Shown: positions 1 to 10,119 of the stretch, piece after piece
How positions within the stretch are numbered: position 1 is the stretch's first letter
Layout of the letters: each line of letters opens with the position of its first letter
Origin: Pyrodictiaceae archaeon
GTDB lineage: Archaea; Thermoproteota; Thermoprotei_A; Sulfolobales; Pyrodictiaceae
Length of the DNA stretch: 64,000 nucleotides
Assembly (NCBI GenBank): GCA_027036135.1
Contig: JALVSY010000007.1
Span: forward strand, 4,880-68,879
Direction: 5' to 3'
Notes under the pieces: generated by a model
Told to the model about the DNA's origin: nothing
Database searches by the model: none
Seen by the model: the letters and a program-made list of their open reading frames with translations, nothing else
Made by a program: the position numbers and the translations under genes

Positions 1-267
1 GTTCTATGCTGTGCCAACGACCGTGGCCGAGCCGGTTCCCTTAACTCAAAAGAGAAATGCAAGTCGCTTAACTCCTTGATTATTCTTTGCTCCCTTAGCA
101 AACCTTAACTCAAAAGAGAAATGCAAGCTTGGGTATAGTCGTGCGAGGAGCTCTGCGCGCGCCAGTATCCTTAACTCAAAAGAGAAATGCAAGATGTAAT
201 CGTATGGATATGCTATACTTCCCTCTTCAATATCTACGCTAACCTTAACTCAAAAGAGAAATGCAAG
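1..267 (+). CRISPR. CRISPR array 1 (cut by window edge), repeat CCTTAACTCAAAAGAGAAATGCAAG
   Basis: Four identical 25-nt repeats at 39, 103, 169 and 243 with unique 39-49 nt spacers. Orientation inferred from the 3' AATGCAAG end. Confidence 0.97.
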
Positions 268-431
268 GTGAGGCAGACGGGGTATACTTAGGTTTGATCT
301 GAGAAATAAGTGCGAAAAGAAGGCATAGATGCAGGATCAGTGCATTTTGCCTTGAGTATTGGCTTTATGTTTTTGTGCTCGCTAGACATATATAGGCTTA
401 CTGAGCCGTGATATATTTTGGTGCTATCTGT

Positions 432-1313
432 ATGGCTGAGACTCATCTCGTCATAGTCGGTACTAGTGTTCTTCGCAATGGTCTCAAGGAGTTGGGCTCG
501 CCGGAGGCTGCTAGTTGTCCTGGCGGTGGGAGCGCGGCTCGTTGCTCTGACCTAGTGGCTGCTTGTGCTGATCCTCAGAGGCTTGACCGTGAGCGCTGTA
601 AGGCCCTCCAGGGCGATGAGGAGTGTCTTGGGCTTCTCACGTGCCTTGCCTCAAAGAGCCCGTTCCGGATGAGTGCGGAGCTTAACGCGATGGACTGGGT
701 TGTGAAGGATAAGTGTGGTGATGTGAGGAGGATAGTCCTCTTTGCAAGCGATACGCCGGAGGGCAGGGCGGCTGCAGATGTGCTTAGCCGCTTCCTTGGC
801 GCTGAGTGCCCCGGGGTAGAGGTTGTCGCTGAGATCGTTACTGGTCTCGGTGGGGAGTTCTGGCCAGGGCTCCTTAACCTGACCCGGAGCCTGGCGCGGT
901 GGGCTCGCCGCGCTTTCTACCGGGATAATGACATTGTTTACTTGAATGCTACAGGCGGGTTTAAGCCGGAGGCTGGCATGGCTATACTTGCTGCGATGCT
1001 TGCTGCGCCCGTGGTTCCCTACTATAAGCACGAGGCTATGAAGGAGACCGTTATACTGCCACAGATACCGCTAAGGGTTGATGAGGGGAGGCTCCGCGTG
1101 CTGATAGGCCAGCTCCTAAACATAGCTAAGAAGAACGCAAAGATACGCTTAAGCGACCCTAACCTCTCCGAGGTAAGATGGGTGCTCATATACCTGGCTA
1201 AGATGGGTGTATTGAGGAGGCTCGGCGGGGAAACCTACGAGGTAACTGAGCGAGCCGAGGAGATACTAAATCTCCTAGCCCAGATATACGAGGAGTTAGT
1301 AGTAAAGCCCTAG
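432..1313 (+). CDS. CARF protein, APE2256/Sso1393-like, probable cOA ring nuclease with C-terminal wHTH
   Basis: Motifs VGTS, SAELNA, SDTPEG and NATGGFKPE; adjacent to the array. ATG 432 preferred over GTG 408. Confidence 0.85.
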   Translation: MAETHLVIVGTSVLRNGLKELGSPEAASCPGGGSAARCSDLVAACADPQRLDRERCKALQGDEECLGLLTCLASKSPFRMSAELNAMDWVVKDKCGDVRRIVLFASDTPEGRAAADVLSRFLGAECPGVEVVAEIVTGLGGEFWPGLLNLTRSLARWARRAFYRDNDIVYLNATGGFKPEAGMAILAAMLAAPVVPYYKHEAMKETVILPQIPLRVDEGRLRVLIGQLLNIAKKNAKIRLSDPNLSEVRWVLIYLAKMGVLRRLGGETYEVTERAEEILNLLAQIYEELVVKP

Positions 1314-1358
1314 GAGGAATCGTTGCCTCGCCGCCTATCTATAATCGCTCTTTCTCTT

Positions 1359-2840
1359 CTATCTCGTTACCAGCGCCGCGATTTCCTTGTACAGGTTATT
1401 GAGGAGCTTCCCCAGCTTTCTAGCGCTCTCGGGGCTATACCTTAACTGGAGCTCGTTATCCTTTACCCGGTACTGTATATGTCCTTTCTCCAACCCGGCA
1501 TGGGCAACCATTATCCTGGTATCGAACTCCGCTCTACCAGGGGTCTCTGGGGCCCAGTTAGCTGTTATCTCGGTTATCCTCTCGTTCTTCGCCCCACGTC
1601 CCTCCATGAGGTCTTTTAGCTCTTTATTGAAGAGGCTAAGCTCTCTATTAACGAGTATTCTCTGGGGAGGAGCCAGGTACTTATCAGCGACTAGGCGTAG
1701 CTGCTCAATACTGGCAAAGGCTAGTGGTGTCCCCTTAGTCTCCTCTAGGCTTGCTCCAGCTTCCTCGAAGGCGTTTAGAGCGTAGCCGAGTAGCGCTATG
1801 CGTGCATAGAGGAACTTTAGTGCATCATATAATGGTGCTACTCTATGCCTAACGACTAGGTACTTCTTCTCCTTGTCAGTGTCTATCTCTACGTTGCGGA
1901 GAACCTTGTTAATTATGGACTCGCCAGTCTCCCTTGCTTTCCCTGTGAGTTCTTCCTTATCTATCCCGGTGTCGAGAGCTTCTCCTGCCACTTGGAGAAG
2001 CGCTAGGGGTAGGCCATAGTATAGCGAGACAGCAGCCCTCTTACCAAGCAATGATGCCTTTCTAAGAACGTCATCCATCCTGGCGAGTTCTCCGTAGCTC
2101 CTCGTCTTCTTGTATTCGGTGTCTGCCGTGACTAGGGAGGGGGTATCGCTGTGCATGAGCGAGGCTGTGTACACGAGCCTTGAGGCAGCCTTGAGCGGCG
2201 AAACATATTCCTCGTCAACCACCAGTATTGGTGATTCTTGGCCCTCTTCTGCTACTGGCAACGCGTTATAGACCTTGACGCTAACGTTCCTCATTCTCGC
2301 TGCAGAGTACATCCTTGCAGCCGCTAGCACTGCTCTACGCGTAGCAGAGACCATGTAGTTAATACCATGGGTTACATCCACGAGTATCTCTACATCCTCC
2401 TCTAAATCGAGAAGATGGCCTAGTACCTTTGATAATACGCATGCCGCGAAAGCTGTCTCGGCGCTAGCGCTGCCTGGGAGAACCCACTCAGCGGTAATAC
2501 CCATAGGCCTTATAGCGAACCTGCCTGCCCCTGGGCATACCTGGGGCTCTATCCCAGCCTCCTTAACGAAGTCCAGCTCCATTACCTTCTCCTTGGCTTC
2601 ATCTAAGACACTAGTATAATCCTTGATTGCCTTATCCATTAGCTCCGGGCTGATGACATCCTTGGTGCCTATAATGGTCTCCGAGATAAATACTAGTACG
2701 TTCTCGCTCCCAACGTTCATTGCCTGCTTTAACGCGACCGTGCTACTACGTTGCTCGTATCTCTCCCTCTCTATCCGATAGACTGCCTTCTTCCACGTGA
2801 AGGGGTTACCCCAGGAAGCAACTAGAACCCTACGTGCCAA
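1359..2840 (-). CDS. csx1: CARF-HEPN ribonuclease Csx1
   Basis: N-terminal ASWGNPxxW, DVTHGINYM, and C-terminal HEPN RxxxxH (RIMVAHAGLE). Confidence 0.9.
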   Translation of the reverse strand: MARRVLVASWGNPFTWKKAVYRIERERYEQRSSTVALKQAMNVGSENVLVFISETIIGTKDVISPELMDKAIKDYTSVLDEAKEKVMELDFVKEAGIEPQVCPGAGRFAIRPMGITAEWVLPGSASAETAFAACVLSKVLGHLLDLEEDVEILVDVTHGINYMVSATRRAVLAAARMYSAARMRNVSVKVYNALPVAEEGQESPILVVDEEYVSPLKAASRLVYTASLMHSDTPSLVTADTEYKKTRSYGELARMDDVLRKASLLGKRAAVSLYYGLPLALLQVAGEALDTGIDKEELTGKARETGESIINKVLRNVEIDTDKEKKYLVVRHRVAPLYDALKFLYARIALLGYALNAFEEAGASLEETKGTPLAFASIEQLRLVADKYLAPPQRILVNRELSLFNKELKDLMEGRGAKNERITEITANWAPETPGRAEFDTRIMVAHAGLEKGHIQYRVKDNELQLRYSPESARKLGKLLNNLYKEIAALVTR

Positions 2841-2870
2841 GACCCAAGTACCTCCTTAGTGTTCACGTGG

Positions 2871-5129
2871 TTAGGGTTGTTTCGGCCATAGCTTCTCCAC
2901 TTTCACGAGTAGTGGTATTCGCCTCTCGGGCACCGCCATACCCGCTACTATTGCCTGGCCCTGCTCCAGATCTGGGAGCCTCTCTACGAGTTCTTGGCTA
3001 GTTGACTCTGAGCCCCTTCTTAGACCCGCTATGTCATCGGGATTTGTTATTCTTAGAGCTATTAGTGTCGCTGCCTGGCTTAGCACCCCGGGGTCTATGA
3101 AGCCTGGTCTCTGCGTCACGAGCACTAGGCTTAGTCCCCACTTCCTGCCCTCGCGGGCTACTCGGAGAAGCATGTGCTTAGAGGCCTTCTCCGCGCCTGC
3201 TGGAGCCAGGTTATGCGCCTCCTCAACTACTATTAGCGTTCTCCTCCCCGGCTCGTACCTAGCGAGGGAGGCACTGAAAGCCTCGGCTATGAGCCTGGCC
3301 ACGGCGTGATCAGTGTCTCCGCGGCTGGGAGGCGCTAGATGGACTATGCTGAACCCATCTATAAGCCTCTCGGCCAATAACCGGTAATGACTAGCGTCTA
3401 GGAAGGGGGAGACATGGCGCGCTACCCGGCTAAGCCCCCGGGCTAAGCTGCTGCGTGTCTGCCACTGCTGCTCCTTCATGATTGTCGCTGCTCGCTCGAA
3501 GCCCTCTCTCACGACGTTTGTCAGTCTGCGCCTAGTATGTTTCTCTACCTCCTGGTCGACGCTAGTCGCTAAGCCGAGTACCTCCCAGGGACTAATTCCT
3601 GGCTCGTTCACAGTATTTGATGGAGCTGGGTGATAAGAGGCTATTCTCTCGAGTCGCCTCCTGGTCTCCTCATCGATGCCGCTAAGCGAGGAGAGGAGTT
3701 CATCCGCCTCGCCAGCCACCATGTAGGCTGCGAGGCTAGCCCAGGCCCAGCAATCAACGAACCTCGCATACTCCCTAAGGGATGCACGTAGCTCGCGGCA
3801 CGCATTGCCCTCGGCTTGCTCGGGGCTAGTACCGCTCTCGACTAGGGACTCATACTTCCTAGCAGCGCTTATCAGTGAGGTAGCGAGCTTCGTAGCATCT
3901 ACCTGGCTTCTTCTCAGGAGCGAGACTAGGTCAGCAAGCCCCTTAACCTCGTTAATCACCGCTACCTCTAGCACACCAAGGACATCGGCAACCGACTCGG
4001 CTAGGTCACGGAACGCTACCGAGGTACTGCGGCTAAGCTCTTCTACCTCCTCCACGCCTAGGCTCGAGGGGAGAGGAGCAGCTACTATGAGGAAGTCCTC
4101 GTTAGCTATAATATTGGCTGCCTGACTCCTCGTAACTTGCTGGACATGACCACCTGGGTCAACTAGGTATATGCTATGCCTGCCATAGGCTAGTGCCTTA
4201 GCACCAACTAGCCCGTACCTCTTCGTAAGTCTTGATAATAGGTCTCCGAGCTCGGAGAAGTAAGTCTTTTCGGCGACTGCGCGGAAACCTATGCTCGCCA
4301 AATCGTATGGTACTAGGATGGTCTTACGCGCCTTCCTCTTTATCCATGACAATGAATCAGTATTCGCGCCAAGCGCTTCGGGGGCAAAAACGGCGTCTAG
4401 GAGAGGGGCTGTTGTAGGGCCTGTGTAGGGGTATCCTGTATACTCTCCAGCTATGTCGAAGACTATTACGCCTCCACTTGTCGAGAAGAGAGGTTTTCGC
4501 CACATGTACTCGGCGACGAGCCTTTTAACAGTTTCAGTTTTCCCGCTCCCTGTCTGCCCTACTATTGCTAGGTGCATTGTCAGCTTCTCCGGGTCTAGGA
4601 GAACGCTGATCCCGGGGTTGTAGGCTAGCTGGCCGAGGTAGAGCCCCTGGGCTCCGAGCCCCCCTGAGACGATGCCTTGTAGTAGCCCTGGCTCTGGCTC
4701 AAGCACTAGCGCTGATGGCCTAGGCGGGCGGGCTGGTAGTACCAGCTTGTTGCCCTCTATTTCGCCGAGTATCCTTAGCTGTAGCTCCCTTACACCGTGC
4801 CACCTTATGAGGCTCTGGCTCGGCGAGAAGAGTAGCTCTAGCACCTTTCTCGCGTCCTGGAACGTGCTGCTCGTGACTATTCTTGTTACCTCCCTTAAGC
4901 GCTCCTGGTCAATGCTGGGCATCATGCTGCGCTCCGAGACATCCCTCACCAGGGCAAGGTACTTGCGTCCACCAGGCTCCTCTACTAGAGCGAGAGCACC
5001 GTAGCGTAGTAGCGTGGACTCAGTCGTATAGACTACTGCTCTTGCCTCCGTATAGGACTCGGCCTCGACAAGGAAGCCCGCGAAGCTTGGCTCAGCGCTA
5101 CCCTGCTGGGGGGAAGCTTCCTGGCTCAA
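2871..5129 (-). CDS. herA: HerA/FtsK-like ATPase (DUF87), CRISPR-linked
   Basis: HAS-barrel-like N-terminus, Walker A HLAIVGQTGSGKT, Walker B VVEEAHN, REGRKWG and TQRP motifs. Confidence 0.88.
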   Translation of the reverse strand: MSQEASPQQGSAEPSFAGFLVEAESYTEARAVVYTTESTLLRYGALALVEEPGGRKYLALVRDVSERSMMPSIDQERLREVTRIVTSSTFQDARKVLELLFSPSQSLIRWHGVRELQLRILGEIEGNKLVLPARPPRPSALVLEPEPGLLQGIVSGGLGAQGLYLGQLAYNPGISVLLDPEKLTMHLAIVGQTGSGKTETVKRLVAEYMWRKPLFSTSGGVIVFDIAGEYTGYPYTGPTTAPLLDAVFAPEALGANTDSLSWIKRKARKTILVPYDLASIGFRAVAEKTYFSELGDLLSRLTKRYGLVGAKALAYGRHSIYLVDPGGHVQQVTRSQAANIIANEDFLIVAAPLPSSLGVEEVEELSRSTSVAFRDLAESVADVLGVLEVAVINEVKGLADLVSLLRRSQVDATKLATSLISAARKYESLVESGTSPEQAEGNACRELRASLREYARFVDCWAWASLAAYMVAGEADELLSSLSGIDEETRRRLERIASYHPAPSNTVNEPGISPWEVLGLATSVDQEVEKHTRRRLTNVVREGFERAATIMKEQQWQTRSSLARGLSRVARHVSPFLDASHYRLLAERLIDGFSIVHLAPPSRGDTDHAVARLIAEAFSASLARYEPGRRTLIVVEEAHNLAPAGAEKASKHMLLRVAREGRKWGLSLVLVTQRPGFIDPGVLSQAATLIALRITNPDDIAGLRRGSESTSQELVERLPDLEQGQAIVAGMAVPERRIPLLVKVEKLWPKQP

Positions 5130-5197
5130 GACGGGGAACCCTTTGATTAGTATAGTATTTTCTGGATATACATGTATCGCTTATTAACCCGTTACAG

Positions 5198-6766
5198 CTA
5201 TACCGTAGCAGCTATTCTCGACTCCCATCTCCTTATGAACCCCGTGTAGGGCTGAAGCCTCTCCACAAGAGCCTCCGCTAATTGGTGGAAAGCCAGCGCC
5301 TCCTCCAGCGAGACTCTGCTATACTGGTCGACGACTAGGAGCTGCGGCGGGTAGCCATAGAGCACTATCCGCGCAGGGTAGACCGTGAGGGCTCTAGCGT
5401 GCTCGACTAGCGGCATCCCGTCCACGTACTCCAGCCTAATAGCCGGGGGGACAGCATAGAGGGATGCTAGCTCGCATGGGCGTAGACCCAGGCCCTTAGA
5501 GGCTACAGCACTTCCTAAATCCTCGCAGCTAGGCGGCTTGACTGGTGAGAAGTACTGGTAGCGGAGAGGGCTTAGCTTCTTGAGGAGCCCCTCTATCTCG
5601 CTCGCCATGCACTTTACTAGCGGGTTGCTAGAGGCATAGTACTCTATGATCCTTAGGCGCGGCGAGTGGCTAAACGGCTTGGTAGCGGGGTAGTCCGTTG
5701 CACCCATGTAGTAGAGCGTGTAGAGTAGCTCGGAATCCGTTATCTCTGGTAATGCGCCGGACCACAGAATAGCCGCCTCCAAGTAGTCTCGGGGAGCATT
5801 ACCAAGGCTGTAGCTAAACCTCTCCTGTAGCACACGATTAGTACCGGCTAGCAGCTCCTCCCACTCAGTCCTCGAGTCAAGCAACTGGTCAACAGCGAGG
5901 CTTGGGCATAGGCAGCTCTCTATGCGCTGGGCGTTTGCCTCGTAGTAGTCCATGCACTTGTCTCTCAGCTTCCTCGCAGGCTTGCTGAGAGTAGTGATGC
6001 CGCTATCCGTGGAAACACTACCCAGAAGCTCAGCTATGGAGGCCGCGACGAGGCTACGGCTACGTGACACGTCCTCAACCATCCCGGCTACTCCGCGCCT
6101 TCCTCGTCGCGTCTCCTCCACGAGCTGTGCTAGTACGCGGAGAGCGAGTAGCCCGAGGACGACGTGGCCGTTATCAAACCCGTCTGGCCTGCATGGATGG
6201 GAGCCATCTATTAGCTCGTATGCCTCGCTTCTCTCCAGCCCTGCGTAGTAGAGGAGCTTCCTAGCCTCCTCTACCTCTACCACATAGGGGCGGGAGAGGT
6301 ACTGGCTAATCATCTGCAACAAGGGGCCGTGGCGTATAAGGAGGAGACGAGGAGGCTCCTCCTCGCCGAAGACAAGGCCGGGTCTACGATTAATAGCTAG
6401 TAGCGAGGCAAGCTCGACAACATAGACGGCTGCTTGTCGCACTCTCTCAGAGCCACGGCCTAGCAGGATAGGCGGCAACGCGCCCTCCTTGGTCTTCATC
6501 ACTGGGTGGAGGACGCGCTCCGAGACACCGCTACCACTATGGCGGCGAGCCAGTACAGCGAGCTTTACGAGATACGCATCAAGCCCAGAAGGCTCGCTAC
6601 GGGAACCAGCATCAACATACACAGCGCCAAGCTCCTCGAACAACACGCTTGGCGACGGAATAGCGCTGCTCCCCGCGAGAAGGCTCCCAGCTCTATGCCC
6701 GAGGAGACCAGCTACGAGCTGCAAGCCATGAAGAGTCACACCCAGCTCCCGATCCAAGTAATACAA
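5198..6766 (-). CDS. nurA: NurA-domain nuclease, divergent
   Basis: YVDAGS, LLLIRHGPL (DG-like motif) and C-terminal GYPxxL; directly upstream of herA. Confidence 0.7.
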   Translation of the reverse strand: MYYLDRELGVTLHGLQLVAGLLGHRAGSLLAGSSAIPSPSVLFEELGAVYVDAGSRSEPSGLDAYLVKLAVLARRHSGSGVSERVLHPVMKTKEGALPPILLGRGSERVRQAAVYVVELASLLAINRRPGLVFGEEEPPRLLLIRHGPLLQMISQYLSRPYVVEVEEARKLLYYAGLERSEAYELIDGSHPCRPDGFDNGHVVLGLLALRVLAQLVEETRRGRRGVAGMVEDVSRSRSLVAASIAELLGSVSTDSGITTLSKPARKLRDKCMDYYEANAQRIESCLCPSLAVDQLLDSRTEWEELLAGTNRVLQERFSYSLGNAPRDYLEAAILWSGALPEITDSELLYTLYYMGATDYPATKPFSHSPRLRIIEYYASSNPLVKCMASEIEGLLKKLSPLRYQYFSPVKPPSCEDLGSAVASKGLGLRPCELASLYAVPPAIRLEYVDGMPLVEHARALTVYPARIVLYGYPPQLLVVDQYSRVSLEEALAFHQLAEALVERLQPYTGFIRRWESRIAATV

Positions 6767-6821
6767 TGAGCCAGCTATATAAGAGCAATCCAGCGACTAG
6801 ATCCATATAGAGGGAGTAGCG

Positions 6822-7295
6822 ATGAAGCTGGTCTCCCTCCTAGGAACAAGCCCAGGCACACCCCACACAACAATCTGCATACTAAAACAACTAGGACACA
6901 GCGTAAGAAAACACATCATAGTAGCCACGAAGGGAGCAGCACTAAACGAGGCAATAGCAATACTCACTAAATGCCCCTGCCCAGCAACCGGGAAACCACC
7001 AGCCAGCACCACAGCCATAGAGACAATAACGCTACCATACAACGACATAGAGAGCCAAGAACACCTCCAGCAACTAAGACAAACACTAGCCAAGATACTA
7101 GACACAGACACAATATTAGATATAACAGGTGGGAGAAAAATCATGGCAGTAGCCGCGAGCCTCGAAGCACTAAACCACGGAGCAACAATAATAACAACAA
7201 CAATACCGGACCAACTCTACCAAGAAATAAAACAAGCAAAACAACTATGCAACAAAACAGCACCAGAAAAGGCAAAACTACTAAAACTAGCATAA
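6822..7295 (+). CDS. crn1: CRISPR ring nuclease Crn1 (Sso2081-like stand-alone CARF)
   Basis: MKLVSLLGTSPG, DIxSxxxL and LDITGGRKxMAVAA match the Sso2081-type CARF pattern. Confidence 0.88.
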   Translation: MKLVSLLGTSPGTPHTTICILKQLGHSVRKHIIVATKGAALNEAIAILTKCPCPATGKPPASTTAIETITLPYNDIESQEHLQQLRQTLAKILDTDTILDITGGRKIMAVAASLEALNHGATIITTTIPDQLYQEIKQAKQLCNKTAPEKAKLLKLA

Positions 7296-7386
7296 GCCTA
7301 TCCACAATATCCATCATTTCTCTTAAAAGACATAGCTGAGATTTCTACAAGCATCTTAAGCACTACCTCATATCCTGTTCTGCCAT

Positions 7387-7491
7387 CTTATATTTCTCTA
7401 TTCTATTGAGTATTTTGAGCATTGCGTAATACCCCGAGGATGACGTCTATGCCCCGTGGAGAAGCGCTTGCAGTTCTCTTTTTGAGTTCCG
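7387..7491 (-). CRISPR. Degenerate two-repeat CRISPR remnant
   Basis: CTTATATTTCTCTATTCTATTGAGT (7387) and CTTGCAGTTCTCTTTTTGAGTTCC (7467) resemble the array repeats, with a spacer-sized gap. Confidence 0.55.
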
Positions 7492-7637
7492 CTTCTCAAG
7501 AGAGTAGAAAGTAGAATAAAACAGATAAAAGGAATAAAGACAAACAACCCATCGGAGAGAGTAACAATCTTACCCAGTTCTTTAGAGTGATGGGGCCCTA
7601 TGACCCCTGGAATAAGAGAGGTTGTGTAAGGACTTTG

Positions 7638-7916
7638 TTATTGTTTATATGCTTGTTTCCTTGTGCCAATGAAGTGCACTATTATGGTTCTTGAGCCCCA
7701 GTCCACCGTGTACACTACACGTATGTCTCCTATGCGGACACGAAAAGTATCTTCGAATCCTCTCAGCTTCTTTAGGTCATAGTCCCTAAAGGGCACCGGG
7801 TCCCTTGATAAGTACTCCAGTAGCTCTAGAATCCTATGCCTATAATGTGCTGGGAGACGCTCTAGGGCTTTAAGGGCTCGGCGCTTAACCTTCACACTGA
7901 AAACACTAGCGCTCAA
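7638..7916 (-). CDS. relE: RelE/ParE family toxin
   Basis: 92 aa; ALKALERL...KKLRG...FRVRIGDIRVVY...IGTRKQAY. Confidence 0.92.
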   Translation of the reverse strand: MSASVFSVKVKRRALKALERLPAHYRHRILELLEYLSRDPVPFRDYDLKKLRGFEDTFRVRIGDIRVVYTVDWGSRTIIVHFIGTRKQAYKQ

Positions 7917-7923
7917 GCCCTAC

Positions 7924-8139
7924 TCATCCCTTGCTCTTCTCTAGTAGCCTCTTCTTAACCTCGTTCAGGTCCACTAGCTCATCCCTCATCCTTATAGCCT
8001 CGGCTTCGTCGGGAAGAGGCTCATCCTCCTCAACATGTCTCTCAATAATGAAGCGTAGCATCGACTCTAGCTTCTCAAGCCTCTCCTTAATCTCCCTAAT
8101 CTCTACTAGGATCTCAGAGCTGGACAAGAACGCAGCCAC
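7924..8139 (-). CDS. Antitoxin partner of RelE
   Basis: 71-aa acidic coiled-coil (EEDEPLPDEAEAI) directly upstream of relE. Confidence 0.8.
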   Translation of the reverse strand: MAAFLSSSEILVEIREIKERLEKLESMLRFIIERHVEEDEPLPDEAEAIRMRDELVDLNEVKKRLLEKSKG

Positions 8140-8199
8140 CTATTCCCAGGATCTCCCGGTCTCACCATATTGCCTAGCAATCTCCTAAAAAGAATGCCT

Positions 8200-8909
8200 C
8201 TTGTATTTCTCTTTTGAGTTCTAGAGAAAAACTTATTCCATCACAGGTACCATTGCAGAGCGTTATTAACTTGCATTTCTCTTTTGAGTTCTAGAGCTGG
8301 ACTCCCGGAGAGCAAGAAGAGTTGCTAAAACTCATCTTGCATTTCTCTTTTGAGTTCTAGTTACGGCCTACTGGATGCTGTCCGGCCCCAGTACGAGCGA
8401 TGGCTTGCATTTCTCTTTTGAGTTCTAGAACATGTTATCAAAGGAGCAGCTTATCCGAGACCTATTAGCATTTACCTTGCATTTCTCTTTTGAGTTCTAG
8501 TATGTTCTTTATTCTTGCCTTGTATCGTTTTCCTTCTCTAGGTCTTGCATTTCTCTTTTGAGTTCTAGCTAAAAAAGCTGGAAGAATACGCAAAGAAGCA
8601 CGGAATGTCTACTTGCATTTCTCTTTTGAGTTCTAGATTCTTCCATCGGGCATCCTTACTAGTTGTCTCTCCTCGTCTTGCATTTCTCTTTTGAGTTCTA
8701 GGCTGGTGTTCTAAGGTTTGCCTTGAGAATGAGAGGAGAACACGTAGCTTGCATTTCTCTTTTGAGTTCTAGTGGCTTATGACTAGGGCTCCATCATCCC
8801 TAATGTATACCCTGTCTTGCATTTCTCTTTTGAGTTCTAGCGTTGAACCAGGCCGGGTGCCGTGCCAACACCTCTGCTATGTCGCTTGCATTTCTCTTTT
8901 GAGTTCTAG
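8200..8909 (-). CRISPR. CRISPR array 2: 11 repeats, 10 spacers, repeat CTAGAACTCAAAAGAGAAATGCAAG
   Basis: Repeats at 8200 (one mismatch, trailer), 8270, 8336, 8404, 8476, 8544, 8612, 8677, 8748, 8816 and 8885. Confidence 0.98.
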
Positions 8910-9180
8910 GGGTATGTTCCCTGTTGGGCCCGATGTAGAGAAACTCATGAATTCCTTATTTATCCTTTTCTCCCTACATGAGAACGCTCAGATTTTAGCC
9001 TAGTCACCCATGTTCTCCAAATAGACCGTGCTCCCATGGATTCGCATGGATTAGAAACAATGTTCCCAAGAAAAGATTCAACTCCGTCCACGAAATGTTC
9101 CCAAGAGAAAAGAAAATTCAAGAACAAGGGACTAGGATGAATAAGTCATTAGATGGGGGAATAGTAGAGAAGATCAAGGT
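8910..9180 (-). promoter_or_regulatory. Leader of array 2
   Basis: Non-coding, with a minus-strand GATAAATAA TATA-like box near 8956-8964; homologous to the array 3 leader. Confidence 0.8.
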
Positions 9181-9322
9181 GTTATTACTTGCTTCTACCG
9201 CTAGGCCATAAGCGTCTACAGAGGTGTGAATTCTCTCCTTGCATTATAGTATTTGTTTTTACGAGTATTTTTGCTTAATAATATCGGGGATTTTTCCCCG
9301 AGTAGGGTTCTCGGTGACAACT

Positions 9323-9840
9323 ATGTCTGTTTCTCTGAGGGATCTACTTGCTAGGCTTAGGACGGCTGCTAGGCTAGCTGAGAAGGTGAGTAAGGATAAT
9401 CTCGAGCTCTTCGCGGAGGAGGCGCTCCGCCTAGTCTCGAGAGGATATATGGGATGCTGCTGAGAAGGCTTGGGTTGCCCTACAAGGCCCTATTGGGCCT
9501 AATACTGGCTACCCGCGGGATCCTGCTCATAGAGGAGAGGATAAGGAGGACATGGGAGCAGAGGGGCCCGGAGAAGGCGGAAAAGGAGCTAGAGTGGTGG
9601 ATCCAGACAGGCTTCCTAGCGCCCTCGGCTAGGCAAAAGCTAGAGGAGGTAGCGCGCCTCGCCGCGGAGGCGGTGAACGATAAGGAGATTTACCAGGGAC
9701 TGGCCGAGGCAATACTGCTCCACCTATGGTTCTACCACGGCCCCGACACTGTCCCCTTGACCGAGGAAGGCGCGAAAGAGAGGGTACTGGAGCTAATAGA
9801 CTGGATAAGGAAGAAAGCCAGGCAACACCAGCTACCCTAA
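9323..9840 (+). pseudogene. PaREP1-family (HEPN-like) gene, frameshifted
   Basis: DAAEKAWVA / YKALL is split across frames near 9450-9480; LHLWFYHGPD resembles the intact PaREP1 at 33596. Confidence 0.7.
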
Positions 9841-10119
9841 TCCCAGGGGCCTAGGTATTCAACTAGTTATCTCAAAGGCCCTAGGCACGTTATACGTGAG
9901 ATGAAAGGGGAGACCGGAGGAGGAAATAACCAAAGCAGAGAGGAAGAATAGCCCTCCGTATCCCTCCCTTATCCGATAATAACCAAATTAATGATAGCGC
10001 TAGCAAGCACGAATAGAGAGACAAAATCGCGTTCATTCCCTAAGCTCTGGCCTATCCGGCACATACAAGGCCTAGTACGCTTACACCACCACTACAAAGA
10101 GACCGGGGAGCACTTGGTT

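Noticed and set aside
8779-9003. 74-aa ORF (also 10763-10972)
   Set aside because: They run through CRISPR repeats or leader sequence.
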